Assembly: GCA_951804945.1 (NCBI GenBank)
Contig: OX638161.1
Span: 39,742,001 to 39,806,000 of the forward strand
Origin: Podarcis cretensis
Taxonomy: Eukaryota
Direction of reading: 5' to 3'
Length of the DNA: 64,000 bases
In this document: positions 36,953 to 49,200 of the stretch, piece by piece
How the letters are laid out: each line of letters begins with the position of its first letter
Position numbering within the stretch: the stretch's first letter is position 1
Translations under genes and position numbers: made by a program
Notes under the pieces: generated by a model
What the model was told of the DNA's origin: nothing
The model's input: the letters and a program-made list of their open reading frames with translations, nothing else
Databases searched by the model: none

Positions 36953-38650
36953 CCCATTTCTCTGTCCACTTTTTGCTTCTTGCCATGCCCCCCACAGGCA
37001 TGTGATGGCCAGAATGTGGACTTTGGGCTGAAAAAAAGGTTTCAGTCAGAGCACATCCTCTCTTATCAACCCTTGGTAGGAAACACAAAAATTTCTCTGG
37101 AAATGATGATTCTGCAATAGTTGTAACGGATCATGTGCTTCCATTGTATTCTGGCTCTGTAAATGTGTTGTTTATTGTGTGTTTGGCTGTCTTGATGGCT
37201 GAAAAGGAGTGAACCAAATAACCTCAGTGACCTGTGATGACCAGGGGATGTGTCTCTTCCCCTTACGTGTTTGTGATCCATTCTTCCAAAGTGCTCCCCT
37301 TAAAATTAGGGGAGCTGAACAAGTTTACAGTTGGGTCTGTAGTTTGAAATGATGCAGGGATATTTGATAAATTATTAGTAGGGTCCACGCTACTAGGTTA
37401 TGCAAAATGCAGCTGGACTGAGAAACATGAGAAAAGACAGGAATATTAGGAGGTGAACAGTGGAAAGCCTTGGGAGGAAAGTTCCCATACAATAATACTT
37501 CAGTATAATTTAGGGAAACATCACTTTAAAATATGCAGAACTGATTTTTAACACCTTTTAAGTTGTAACAATTAAAAAAATGTAAAAAGTGTTGTTGGAG
37601 GGGCTGTTGGGGAGTTGGATCTTATATGTGGTGGGATTGTAAGTATGTTGCCAAATTTTGGGGAAAGATTTTTAATGAAACCTCAGCAATAATTGTCGGG
37701 GGGCAGGGAAGGGATCCCCAAAGCACCTGAACTGGATCTGTTATTACAGGGGGAAATCAGAAAAGCTTACATAAACAAGTTCTTGGTGGGGCTCCAAGAA
37801 TCTCAGTGACGAGATTTGGAGGGGGGGACTTACAAGAGTTGAAACACAGCAAAATAGTACAACACAGCATGGGAAATCATGTTAATTGACGTATTGATAA
37901 GGGTACGTTTGACCTAGGGTAAAAAAGAGAGACATTTTTGGTGGCCTTTTATTATGTACACAAGAAAGGTGGTGTGAAACCTATGCCACTGGTCTTTAGA
38001 AATATCTGGATTATGTAACTTTTATTTGTTCAAAGGCAACATACTCTCAGGAAAAGAACAGTGCAGGCTTGATTCTTTGTATACACTGTCTAGTTTATTT
38101 GTATGTTCATTTTATTTTGTAATCTTTGGAATGCTTTTGGTGTCAAATGTTTTAATTTAATAAACAATAACTATAATAAATAGTAAAAAGGTTGTATGCC
38201 TGCATAAGAAAATGAATAAAAGATGAACTGACACAGGACAAGAACTGGGAGTTGGCAAGAGTTCAAGGAACTTGATAAGGTGCTGAGAGTTGTTAGGAGA
38301 CCCCTGTTCCCTTCACAGAGCTACAAATCTCAAGAGTGATTTCACAATAAATCCCTCTTCCCAGAGAACTCTGGCAATTGTCTTCCCGTGAGGGGAATTA
38401 GAGGTTCCTAACAACCCTCAGCACCCTTAACCAACTACAGTTTCCAGGAATCTTTGGGGGAAGCCATGACTGTTAAAATGGTATAATAGTGGCTCATCAT
38501 TTCCGGAGAAATTTTTGTGTTTCCTACCAAGGGTTGATAAGAGAGGATGTGCTCTGACTGAAACCTTTTTTTCAGCCCAAAGTCCACATTCTGGCCATCA
38601 CATGCCTGTGGGGGGCATGGCAAGAAGCAAAAAGTGGACAGAGAAATGGG
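36953..38650. repeat. 157-bp inverted repeat (arms 36953-37109 and 38494-38650)
   Basis: The arms are reverse complements with one mismatch seen (CTCTGGAAAT vs rc of ATTTCCGGAG). The ORF track shows the same peptide on opposite strands (36932+ and 38435-). Confidence 0.92.
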
Positions 38651-39445
38651 CAAAATATCTGGCAAAATATATATCTGGCAAAATAGCGGTTTAAATAAAT
38701 ATCGTCCACCTTTCCTGTCCACCTCATAGAATTGTTGCACAGTCTGTTGGCTACAAAAGCACATTCCAGATCACAGTCAATCTTAAGTAAGCTTACTCTA
38801 AAGTGAGTTGGGCCCAATGGCTTAAAAGGACTTAATTTTAAAAAGTGATGGGGGGGGGGTTATTGAGTTGTTTTTTTGATTATGTACTTTGTGTTTTTAT
38901 ATTGTGATTTTATCCTGTGAACTGCCCTGAGACCTGCAGGTATAGAGCAGCATACAAATTTAATAAGTTACAGCAATAATAATTTAGTAAACGTGTTTTA
39001 GATCGGAAGCAGATGACACAGAAAGATGCCACACTGCTTGTGGCAGGCTTGGACTGTTTGCTTTTGCCTTTGGTAACAGAAGTCACATCCTTACCATACA
39101 TTTAAAGCACCTGGTTTTCCCCAAAGAATCCTGGGAACTGTAGTTTCTTCCTCACATAAACTACAGTTTCCAGCACACATAACAAACTGCAGCCTGGCAG
39201 GGTTTTCTATTGTTCCAAAATCCCTTGGATGAGAGATGACTGGGGGGGGGGGGAGTGTTTGTAACATCATGGTAAGTGATACCTCTTGTCTGTTTTGTTA
39301 AAAAATGTCCATTTACAGAAGGAACAATAGTTTATGAGCTCTTTTTTTGTTCAGTGGGGACCAATGTGCAAATCGTATTGGTGAGATTATATACTCCATT
39401 TTTTCCTCATTCTGCATTTTTCTCCTCACTTTTGCAGGTATCAAC

Positions 39446-39465
39446 ATGTCTCAGGGGCAGAAGAG
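39446..39465 (+). CDS. Sacsin-like coding exon 1 (MSQGQKR); exon starts at 39438
   Basis: Acceptor CTCCTCACTTTTGCAG|, start context AACATG, donor AG|GTGAGA. Phase 2 matches the next exon. Confidence 0.7.
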
Positions 39466-40234
39466 GTGAGAAATGCTGTGCGTGTGTATCCATGGGATTT
39501 CTCATGGACAAAAAAATGCCAGTGAGACTGTGCTGGATGTGCTGATCATAGAACTGTAGAGTTGAAAGGGACCTATCGGGGCCATCTAGTCCAACCCCCT
39601 ACCATGCAGGGATCTCAGCTAAGGCATCCATGACAGGTGGCCATCCAACTCTGATTAAAAACCTCCAAGGAAGGAGAGTCCACAATCTCCCGAGGGAGAC
39701 TGTTCCAATGTCAAACAGCTCTTACCACCAGAGAGTTCTTTCTGATGTTTAGTCAGAACCAAATCTATCTGGGATCTGATAACACCTTGCTTAAAACATT
39801 GCTGACTCTTCCTCCAAGGAGCTCAGAGTTAGAACGAGTGTGTGAAGAACTGGCCCAAGGTCACCCAGTGAGCTCTGTGGCTCTGAGGGTTAGGCTGTGG
39901 GCAGCAGACTGGGGTGAGAGCTTGCAGTGAGAACCAAAAGTTAAATGAGGATGCAGGATGAAGAAGCAAGTTAGGAGCAAAAGGCTACAGACCTCTGGGT
40001 ATAGGGTACAGTGGTACCTCAGGTTACATACGCTTCAGGTTACAGACTCCGCTAACTCAGAAATATTACCTCGGGTTAAGAACTTTGCTTCAGGATGAGA
40101 ACAGAAATTGTTCTTTGGCGGCGCGGTGGCAGCAGGAGGCCCCATTAGCTAAAGTGGAGCTTCAGGTTAAGAACAGTTTCAGGTTAAGAATGGACCTCCG
40201 GAATGAATTAAGTACTTAACCTGAGGTACCACTG

Positions 40235-40275
<41 letters not shown>

Positions 40276-43200
40276 ACGAGATGTCAGGTAGACAAGCCTT
40301 GAACAAACCTTACCTGGAACAAGAAGTTCACTTACAGTTTTTGCTGGCCAGTAGGATCCAATAGCCAAGCTGGGTCAGTAGTGGCAGCCCAGGGTCCTTG
40401 GAATACTAAATTGTCCAGGCACAACAATGCAGTGTCACTCAGGAGGGAAACCTGCACACAGACCCAACAGCAGAGTGAGGATTTAAACTAGGAGTTAGGA
40501 ACCTTCGGACCATGGGCCAGTTGCCTCCTTATTCTGATTATAGTGTTTCTCACCCCTGCTAAACTTAAGGTTGCAAAGGCCTTCTATTGTAGCCAATAAT
40601 AAGCTTTTCCCCAAGCTCAATTGGGTTGTGTTGTTTTTAGGGTGGTGGGTTTGCAGCTGGGTCCAGAAGCGTGATTAATCCTTTTCTCTCCCCACTTATA
40701 AACCCTCCACAATGTATTTTAAAAGAAGTCTTCTTTTGCCGTAATGGTTGTATGAGAGGGATGATCTTCAGAGAGAGTGCAGTTGGAGAGGGAAGGGTTA
40801 ACCCATCTCTCTTCTCAGCTGAGATTTCCAGGAATCTCTCTCTTTCTCTCTCCTGGCAATTAGGCTTGCTAAAAGTTAGAAGGCTTTTTTCAACCCCAGT
40901 TGCTGTGCATGTTAATACATCTCTCTGTCTCTCTCTGTATATGCATGTACACCTGTGTATGCTTGTATTATTGTGCATTTGGTGGCTACACACACAACTG
41001 GGAATGTGGCTCTCACAGAGGTGGAGCTAGCTGCTGCGGCACCAGGAGCTGCGCACATGTTGTGCACCCAGGGGGCAGGGCGAGTGTCCCAGGGGGGCGC
41101 CGCCTGCGCCAAGAGTCCCAGGGGGCGAGACACCTAGGGGGGCGAAGCAAGCCACCCATGGCAGGTTGCTTCCTGGGCAGGGTGGGGACAGGGAGGGAGC
41201 CACGGCGCTTTGCCAGCAGCCTTCCTCCCTTCCCTCTTCCTTTTGACAGCTCAGGAGAGGCTCCCCCCAAAGGAAGCGGGGGGGGGGCAATGGCGAGCTG
41301 CTCATCCGCAACTCCCAAGCCTCCTTCGAGCTGTCAAAACGAAGGGGGAAGGGGGGAAGGCCGCTGGCAAGGCGGCGCAGCTCTGCCCCTTCCCCTGATG
41401 GCTTGGGATATGCTTGGGAGTCATGGGCGGGCAGTGTGTCGAACATCAACCCCCTCAGTGATGACACCCGGGGTGGACCGCCCCCACCGGCCCCCCTTCC
41501 TTCGCCCCTGGACTCTCAGGCCAAAAAAAATTCCCTACTCCAGACTGAAATCTAGGAGTGGCTGGTGTGGACAACCCCTCTTGCTACACCATTGCTACAG
41601 TGTACTTGGGCAGTGCAAGGGTTGGGCAGGTCAGCAGTGAGGTCAAGGTTGCCCAGGTGCACCACCCCACCCCACAGCCTGGTCCTGCTTAGATTGAAGT
41701 CTCTCTGTTTCTATTCATATACTCTAACTACTGTAACCGTCTGCCTTTCTTTCAGGAAGGGCTTTCGACAAAAATCACCTCCTGTCCTCAAATACTTGCA
41801 GGGTATCCTCCGCAAGTACCCAGATGGGGGTCAGATCTTAAAAGTAAGTTTTTTAAGCATTGGGCCTGGACTTTTTGCATTTGCCGTTTTTGAGAGCGAA
41901 GCTATTTCACATGGATTGCATTTTAAGTAGGGATTTAACAACTTGCGTGTTCACAGAGAGGAGGCAGTCAAACACCCAGATTTTGGGGGAAGAGAAGTAA
42001 GATTGCAAGTTTAGAGCAGGAAGCTGCTCTGAAGCGCAGGCCCAAAGGACGGCTTGTGGGAGTGGCTGGGTGCAGGGGTACCAAAGAAGGGTGTCAAAAA
42101 CATCAGAATGGCCAGTTCTAGTGCAATATTAAAGAAGGTACAGATTTGCAGCAAAGAAGCCTGCCAGGTCTCCCAGCCTTTACAGATGTGGGACAGCAGC
42201 AAGGAGATGGCTTGCCCTCCCTTTTCTAAATAGGTAAAGTTTGAAAGGGGTGATATTGATGACCCCTGTATATGTCTAGCAGTTTATGGGATGTGGGGCT
42301 GGCATCCATGTAGCAATTTCCACAGTTGTGTCTGTGTTGACCCCTGGCATTTATTCCTACTCTCATTCTCTTCTTCTTCCTGAAGGAGCTGATCCAAAAC
42401 GCAGATGATGCGGGGGCTGAAGAGGTGATCTTGCTCTATGATGCACGGAGTTTTGGAACCCAGAGCCTTTTCTCAGAGGGGCTGGCAAGCACCCAAGGTA
42501 TGGATTAGACAGCTCCCAATGGTGGGTGCTCTGGGGGCCCCAGCAAAGAAATCACAAGGTATCCTATAGGGAGGAGGTTGGCTGGATGAAATTCATAATA
42601 ATTTTTCAGGGATGCTTTCAAGGGCCAAAGGCTTCCTTTTTAGCAGTCAGTAACCAAGGCTCCTCTAAGTTCTCCTTATATTGACACCAGAATGATTCTT
42701 TGTGCCTGGGAAAGCAGCAGTGAACTTCCTCTACTTTGGGGCCATTTCGTCCCACAATGCAAACAAGGAAAGCTGCAATGATGTAGTGTCCTTCCAGGTG
42801 CCTTGTGGGAGGGAAATATGGCTGTACAGTAGTTTCCCACATTCTCATTTCTGTGCTACAATATCCATTTTGGGATAGATGGAAAACACTGGCTATATAT
42901 GCTCTCACAGGGGACGCGGGTGGCGCTGTGGGTAAAACCTCAGCGCCTAGGACTTGCTGATCGCATGGTCGGCGATTCGAATCCCCGCGGCGGGGTGAGC
43001 TCCCGTCGTTCGGTCCCAGCTCCTGCCCACCTGGCAGTTCGAAAGCACCCTTAAGTGCAAGTAGATAAATAGGTACCGCTTTATAGCGGAAAGGTAAACG
43101 GCGTTCCGTGTGCTGCTCTGGTGCCAGTTCGCCAGAGCAGCTTCGTCACGCTGGCCACGTGACCCGGAAGTGTCTGCGGACAGCGCTGGATCCCGGCCTT

Positions 43201-46200
43201 TAGAGTGAGATGAGCGCACAACCCTAGAGTCTGGCAAGACTGGCCCGTACGGGCAGGGGTACCTTTAACTTTACCTTTATATGCTCTCACAGTGACTGTT
43301 AAAGTCGTATAAATGTGCTTTAAACAAATGATGTGAGTACCTGAGAGTGCACCTCCAGTATATTCAATATATTGGCTCTATTCCAGTATCACATCATGGT
43401 TTGCAGAAATCTTAATCTAGAAAAGAGATGGGGGGTGGCGGCTGTGGCTCTCCAGATATAGTTGATCTCCAACTCCCATCAGTCCCAGTGATTATAGCCA
43501 ATGGTCAGGGATGGTGGCAGGGCTCTCCAGCCCTTGTTTATAGGACCTGGTCTGCTTCTGATAGCAATCGGGTTTATTAGCCTGCTCCCATCTCTCTGGT
43601 GCCACAGCCCTCTGGAGGTGGCTGTTACCACGGTTTGCTAAATTAGACAGGATCTCGTGCCACAAAACGTTCAATCATGATTTCTGTTTTGGTTTGCTGG
43701 CCGATCACAAACCCTAGTTTGCAATTCAGACATTGTGCCATGTCAAATTTGGCTTGGGAGTGCCACTGTGAATCAAACCATCATCAAGGGACTTGAGTAA
43801 AAATTGCATGACCACATTTCTCTTTTTCAGGCCCTGCACTTCTTGCCTATAACAACGGTCTATTCTCTGAGGCTGACTGGGAAGGGATCCAGAGTCCAGG
43901 CATCAGTCACAAGGAGGATGACCCTTCTACAGTTGGACGCTTTGGCTTGGGCTTCAATTCAGTTTACCATATCACAGGTGAGAAGTTCTGCCTGGCTCAA
44001 TTTGGGAGATTGTCAGTCTTCAAAACGAGATGTCTTTGGGAGGAAGGCATAAGAATTATAGGGAAAAGGCCTAGAAGACAGCTCAGGACCCCAAGACCTC
44101 AGGGACCACCTCTCTGTCCTCACATCAGCATACCTGGACCCTGCAATCATCCTCAGAGACCTTTGTCTGTGTACTTCTTCTGAGGGGGAGGGAATGGGAG
44201 AATGGGCTTTCTCAACAGTGGCTCCCCATTTGTAGAATGCTCTCCCCGGCGAAATATGCCTAATGCCATCATTGAGATGGGGGAAATTGAGAGAGATAAA
44301 GATTAATTGAAATAGCATGAAGGGAGAAAAGGAACCAAGTCTGGGGCAACCACATTTTAATGGCTGAATTCCTCCCCTTCACTCTGTTTAGATTTCCCGT
44401 CTATACTTTCTGATGAATGTTTGGGGGTGCTAGACCCACAGCAGATGGCATTACATGACGGGGGTCAGCTCTGGGAGGTGAGTGAATGGGAAGAGGCATC
44501 CGACCAGTTCCAACCATTCTGGGCAGCACTGAAGTCTCTGGGCCAGCCTTGCCCAACTGCGGAGGGCCGCTTTCCAGGCACCCTGTTTCGCTTCCCGCTA
44601 CGACAGAGTCCATCAAAGATCTCAGAAAATCTCTACAGTCCAGAACGGGTGCAGAAACTGCTGCTCTCGTTCGTGAATGATGCCCCCATTAGTTTGCTGT
44701 TCCTCAGGAACATCAAGAAACTGACGTTGGGTCTCATTGAGTCCGATGGTGCCATCCGCGAGCTGCTGAAGGCTGAGGCCACCACTCACCCATTTAATGG
44801 GTTGGGCATGAGCCAAGGTGTGCTTGAAGTTGCAGAATGCAGTAGTGGAAAGGCAAACCTTGTTGATGATGCTATGGGCACTAAACTGGACATGGGTGTC
44901 CACATCAAAACACTTACTCTATGTGGCACTGGGACTGGACAGGCCAGCAAGTGCAACTGGCTTGTGTTGTCTGCTGAAGCGAAGAAGGATGCCTTCCCAG
45001 AACTGTGGGATCTCGCAGTGAAGGTCAGCTCTAAGCCTGTGTTGTCCTTGGCTTACTGTTTGCAAGACAAGTGCATGGGACGCCTCAGCTGCGTCCTGCC
45101 GCTCCCGGCCACAGAGGAAAACACCACTGGATTGCCACTGCACATCAGTGCCCCTTTCCAGCTGACAGATGACCGAAGACACGTGCAGTGGTCTGAAGAG
45201 GGGTCCCAGGCAAGGGGAGCCGATGGTCGTTGGAATCACTTGCTTATGGAGGAGATGTTGCCTGTTGCTTATTGCCAAATGGTACTGCTGGCATCTACCT
45301 GTCCGGACAACCCATATGGGGCATGGCCAGACCCAGACCAAAGCCAACAACTCCGATACAAGCCTTTAGTGGTTCAGATATGCCAGACACTGATGGACAT
45401 GAAACTCTTGGTACGAGTCGGGGGTGGGGAACCTCGTTTGCTCCACCCCTGCAAAGCCGTGATCTTGCCAGAGGTAGTGAGTGGTAAACCAGTAGAGAAG
45501 GCCCTGGAGAAGGCCCTCATTTTGGCAGGATCACCGCTTGCAGCTGCTCCTCTCCATGTGCGGCGAGCTTTGGTGTGGGGTGCCAAAGGCAGGGCAGCGG
45601 TGCAAGAGGCCACACCGAAGTTTGTCAGGGAGACCCTGCGACGGACTACCAGTGTGTGGCATGGGATATCCTTGACAGAAAAACAGATGCTGTTGGAGTA
45701 CTTGGTTGGAGATGGGTGTTACCAGGAGCTGAAGAATCTGCCACTGCTGCCGACAGCCAATGGAAACTTTACCTGCTTTGGAGATTCTGGAGAGACGGTC
45801 TTCCTCGATAACCACAACTTCCCCAGGTGAGCAGTCTTACCACATATGATCCCCAGGGTAAACCAGCATTGTCCTTTTCGCCCTACCACAGTTAAATGTC
45901 CTCGCCCTATTAGATGTTCCAATTAATGGACTTGCATAATGGTTAATGCACGCATGTGCACACGCACACATACACACCTTGCAAGGCAGTTCACAAATGT
46001 CTTCACTATGGCTCATTTCAGACATTGCACCAAACCAAGAGACAGAGGCCCTTATGCACTTTTTTCATATGCATAGTTCGGCTCAGTGTCTCCCCTAGCG
46101 CCAGCCTGCACTTCTTTGAGACCCAGTTTTCACTCTGAGAAATACTGCCCTACAGGAAAGAGGCCCATGCTGCATTTCTTTGATTCCCTAAAATGGTTAG

Positions 46201-49200
46201 CCCCATAAATAAACCAGTGGCATTAACTGGGTGCTTGTTCCATAGTACATCCCTTTTCTTTGTCACCCTGCCTTTGTCCTTCCTAACTGACCTGTGGTTT
46301 CTTTCTGCCGATTTTGCAGGATCCTGTTGCCTGGCCTGGCTCACCGGTTCTTGCCCAAGGATCTAAACCCTGAGCTGCTGAAGCATCTGCAAACAATTGC
46401 AGAAAAGGGTGAGACTTTCAGTTTCCTGGGTGCCCCATGATCAGCTTCTGGTGTTTTATGGGTTCCCCACCCTGGTGTCCTTCAGACTACAACTCCTATT
46501 TTCACTGGCCATGCTAGACCTTCAACTTCCTTCAGCCTCAGCCAGCATGGCCAATGGTCAGAGATTACGGGGATGGTAATCCACAGCATCCACAGGGCAC
46601 CAGGCTGGCTGCCACCAGTGTAAATGTTCTACCATGTACAAACACATGCTTTTTACACACAGGCACCATTTTCTCCTCCCAGCAACACTGTAAAATAGAG
46701 TGGGTGGAAAGATACTGAGCGTGACACCAAATAGCAGTAGAGTGGCTGTCTCCAAGTAAACAAATTAACTTCACAGCTAGTTTGGGCATTTGAACCCTTA
46801 AGCACAGGGTTGGGGAACATTTTCCCCCAGCCACCAGTAGAGATGGATCACTCTTGTCAAAGGTCTGATCTGATCGCTTGCAGTGGATTCTGCCACCCTT
46901 CCATCATTCTCTGTTGGGTTGTCCTCCACCACCTGCATGAAATTAGAGCAAGGGCTGAAGGTTGTTTCCCTTTGCCTTAGTCTTATTTTCTAATCCAGGG
47001 GCAGGCGACATTTGGCCCTCCTGATGTTGACGAACTACAACTTTCACCAGCTCCCTTAATCATGGCCAATGGCCTGGGATGATGGGAGTTGTAGTTCAGC
47101 AATATCTGATGGGCCACAGTTTGCATCTGCCTGCTGTAATCGCTACACCACGCTGGTTTTCGGTACGCTGATCAGTTTCAGGCTCACTTTGCTTCAGCAG
47201 TGCTGTAGCATCATTGTGATACCAAATCATTCACAGACCTATACATATTGGAGTTCAGTTGCATCCAAAGTACTTTTCAGTGCTGGGCATAGAAGTAGTG
47301 TATACATTGCCACTTTGCTCCCAACAGGAAATGCAAGTGCACACAAATGGTGGTTGCTGATTTCTCCCCCCCCCTCTCTCTCCCTCTCTCCTTCAGGGTT
47401 ATTCAGGAACTTTGTCTCCATGGATCAAAATGTCATTGAGCAGAACCTTCGTGAATCTCTCCCTAAGGACTGGGTCAGCAGCAACCCTGCTCCTGTATCT
47501 TGGTGCCCAAAGGAGTACCCAAAACAGCCCCCACTTGAGTGGCTTTCTGCTTTCTGGAGTTTCCTGAGTCGCTATGCTCCCTCCCTGGCACCCTTCAAGG
47601 GATGCCCCCTGATACCGCTGACTCCTCTACAGAACTCCCACAGTGGAATCCAATTGGCACGGCTGCTGCCTCAGCCTACTCTGCTGTTCCAGAGCCACGA
47701 GGGGCGTTTTCTGCCAGACGAAGTGGCTGGCATTCTGGAGAGACTGGGATGCACTGTGGTCCGGAGCTGGCAGCCAGAATGGTGCCACCGCCAGCTGAGA
47801 GAGTACGTCCTAGAACCCACGCCTGGGAGTGTCTTGCAGGTCTTTGCCCATTTAGGGGTGGCATCAGTGGCTGGTCACGTTGCATCTCTGCCCACCTGCC
47901 AGATCAAGAGCCTGAGTGCTTTTTTCTCCACGGCTGCGTCGCTTTCCCCCAAAGAAGCCGAAGTCCTAACTGGGTTGCCGCTCTTCTTCAAGATGCCCTC
48001 CCTCCTTCCACCCACCAGGTCTGGCTTGGTGCCAGCCCAGCACCACCTGGCTTTAGAGAAGAACCTGGTTCCACCAGTGCCCTCGGATCTGCTAACTCCA
48101 GAGCCTGTGCTGTTGTGTCATAATGAAGCTGAACGCCACCTGCTCTTGCTAATCGGGCAGAAGCTCCTGGGGACGCCGGATCTGTGCCTGCTGTGCATCA
48201 AGGCGATGAAGAAAGGGGCATATGCCAGTTGGGCACAGGAAGCCAAGCGGCTCATGCTGTGGGTGCTGCACAATGGGGACTCCCTCTTCAGCCAGAGCCG
48301 AGAGCTGCAAACTTTGTGTCGTGAGCTGCCATTCCTGGATTGCGGATCAGGAAGGTTGGGCAGGCCCAGTGACCTCTATGATCCAGAGAATCGCACTTTG
48401 CAGGATTTATTGAGACCTTGCTGCTTCCCCACAGGGCCCTTCCGGGAGCCAGCAGCACTGCGAACCCTTCGTGTCCTGGGCCTGAAATCTGATCTCAGTG
48501 CTGTCTGTCCAGCAGATGCATTGATGGCTGCGGAGGAAGTTGGTCAACTGCAAGAGGCTGCAGATGCCAGTGCCAAATCACAGGCACTCATCCGGGTCTG
48601 CAATGAGACTCCTCTACTCTCACGCTTCTCCTTAAAGGAGCTGAAGCGGCTGCGGTCCCTGCCTTGGGTGCCTGCCACCAACACTTCCACATTGGCGGCA
48701 GCTGGAGATTTCTTGGCACCTGAACTGCTTCGCTCGGAGAGGTATGCTGCTCTTGTCGGGCTGGTCATGGGACTGACTAATGCTTTTCGGCCAGAAGCTG
48801 CAAAAGAACTGGGTCTGGAGAACTCTCCTCCACCAGAGAAAGTGATGGAGAATCTAGCTGCCTTGGCACAGGGATGTCACCCTGAGGAGGCCTTTGTGTT
48901 AACTACAAAGCTGCACAGCATCTATCGGCACATGCAACAGCACCTGAGGGACTTCCAGAAGCCACCTGTGGGACCTGTGGTGTGGAATGGGACTGGCTTC
49001 TCATTGGCTGCAGATGTGGTGCTGGCCTACCCTGATGGCTTAGACCTTACAGCCTTGATGTCACGAGTGCCTCTGGACTTCCAAGGTTACAGCCAGCTGT
49101 TTGCAGCATGGGGGGTCCATAAGTTACCAAAAGAGGAGGAAGTGTGCCAAGCAATGCAGAAGTTGGCAGATCAAATCAATGCCCGACCACAAGGCGGCAT

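Noticed and set aside
40900-41640. 246-aa ORF in sacsin-like intron 2 as a possible UBL exon
   Set aside because: It lies mostly within a TSD-flanked GC-rich hAT element, has no UBL similarity, and the flanking exons already join in phase.
47069-47396. N-terminal 110 aa of the 3,713-aa ORF
   Set aside because: The ATG lies inside a MITE and the segment precedes a clear polypyrimidine acceptor at 47396, so it is intronic read-through.
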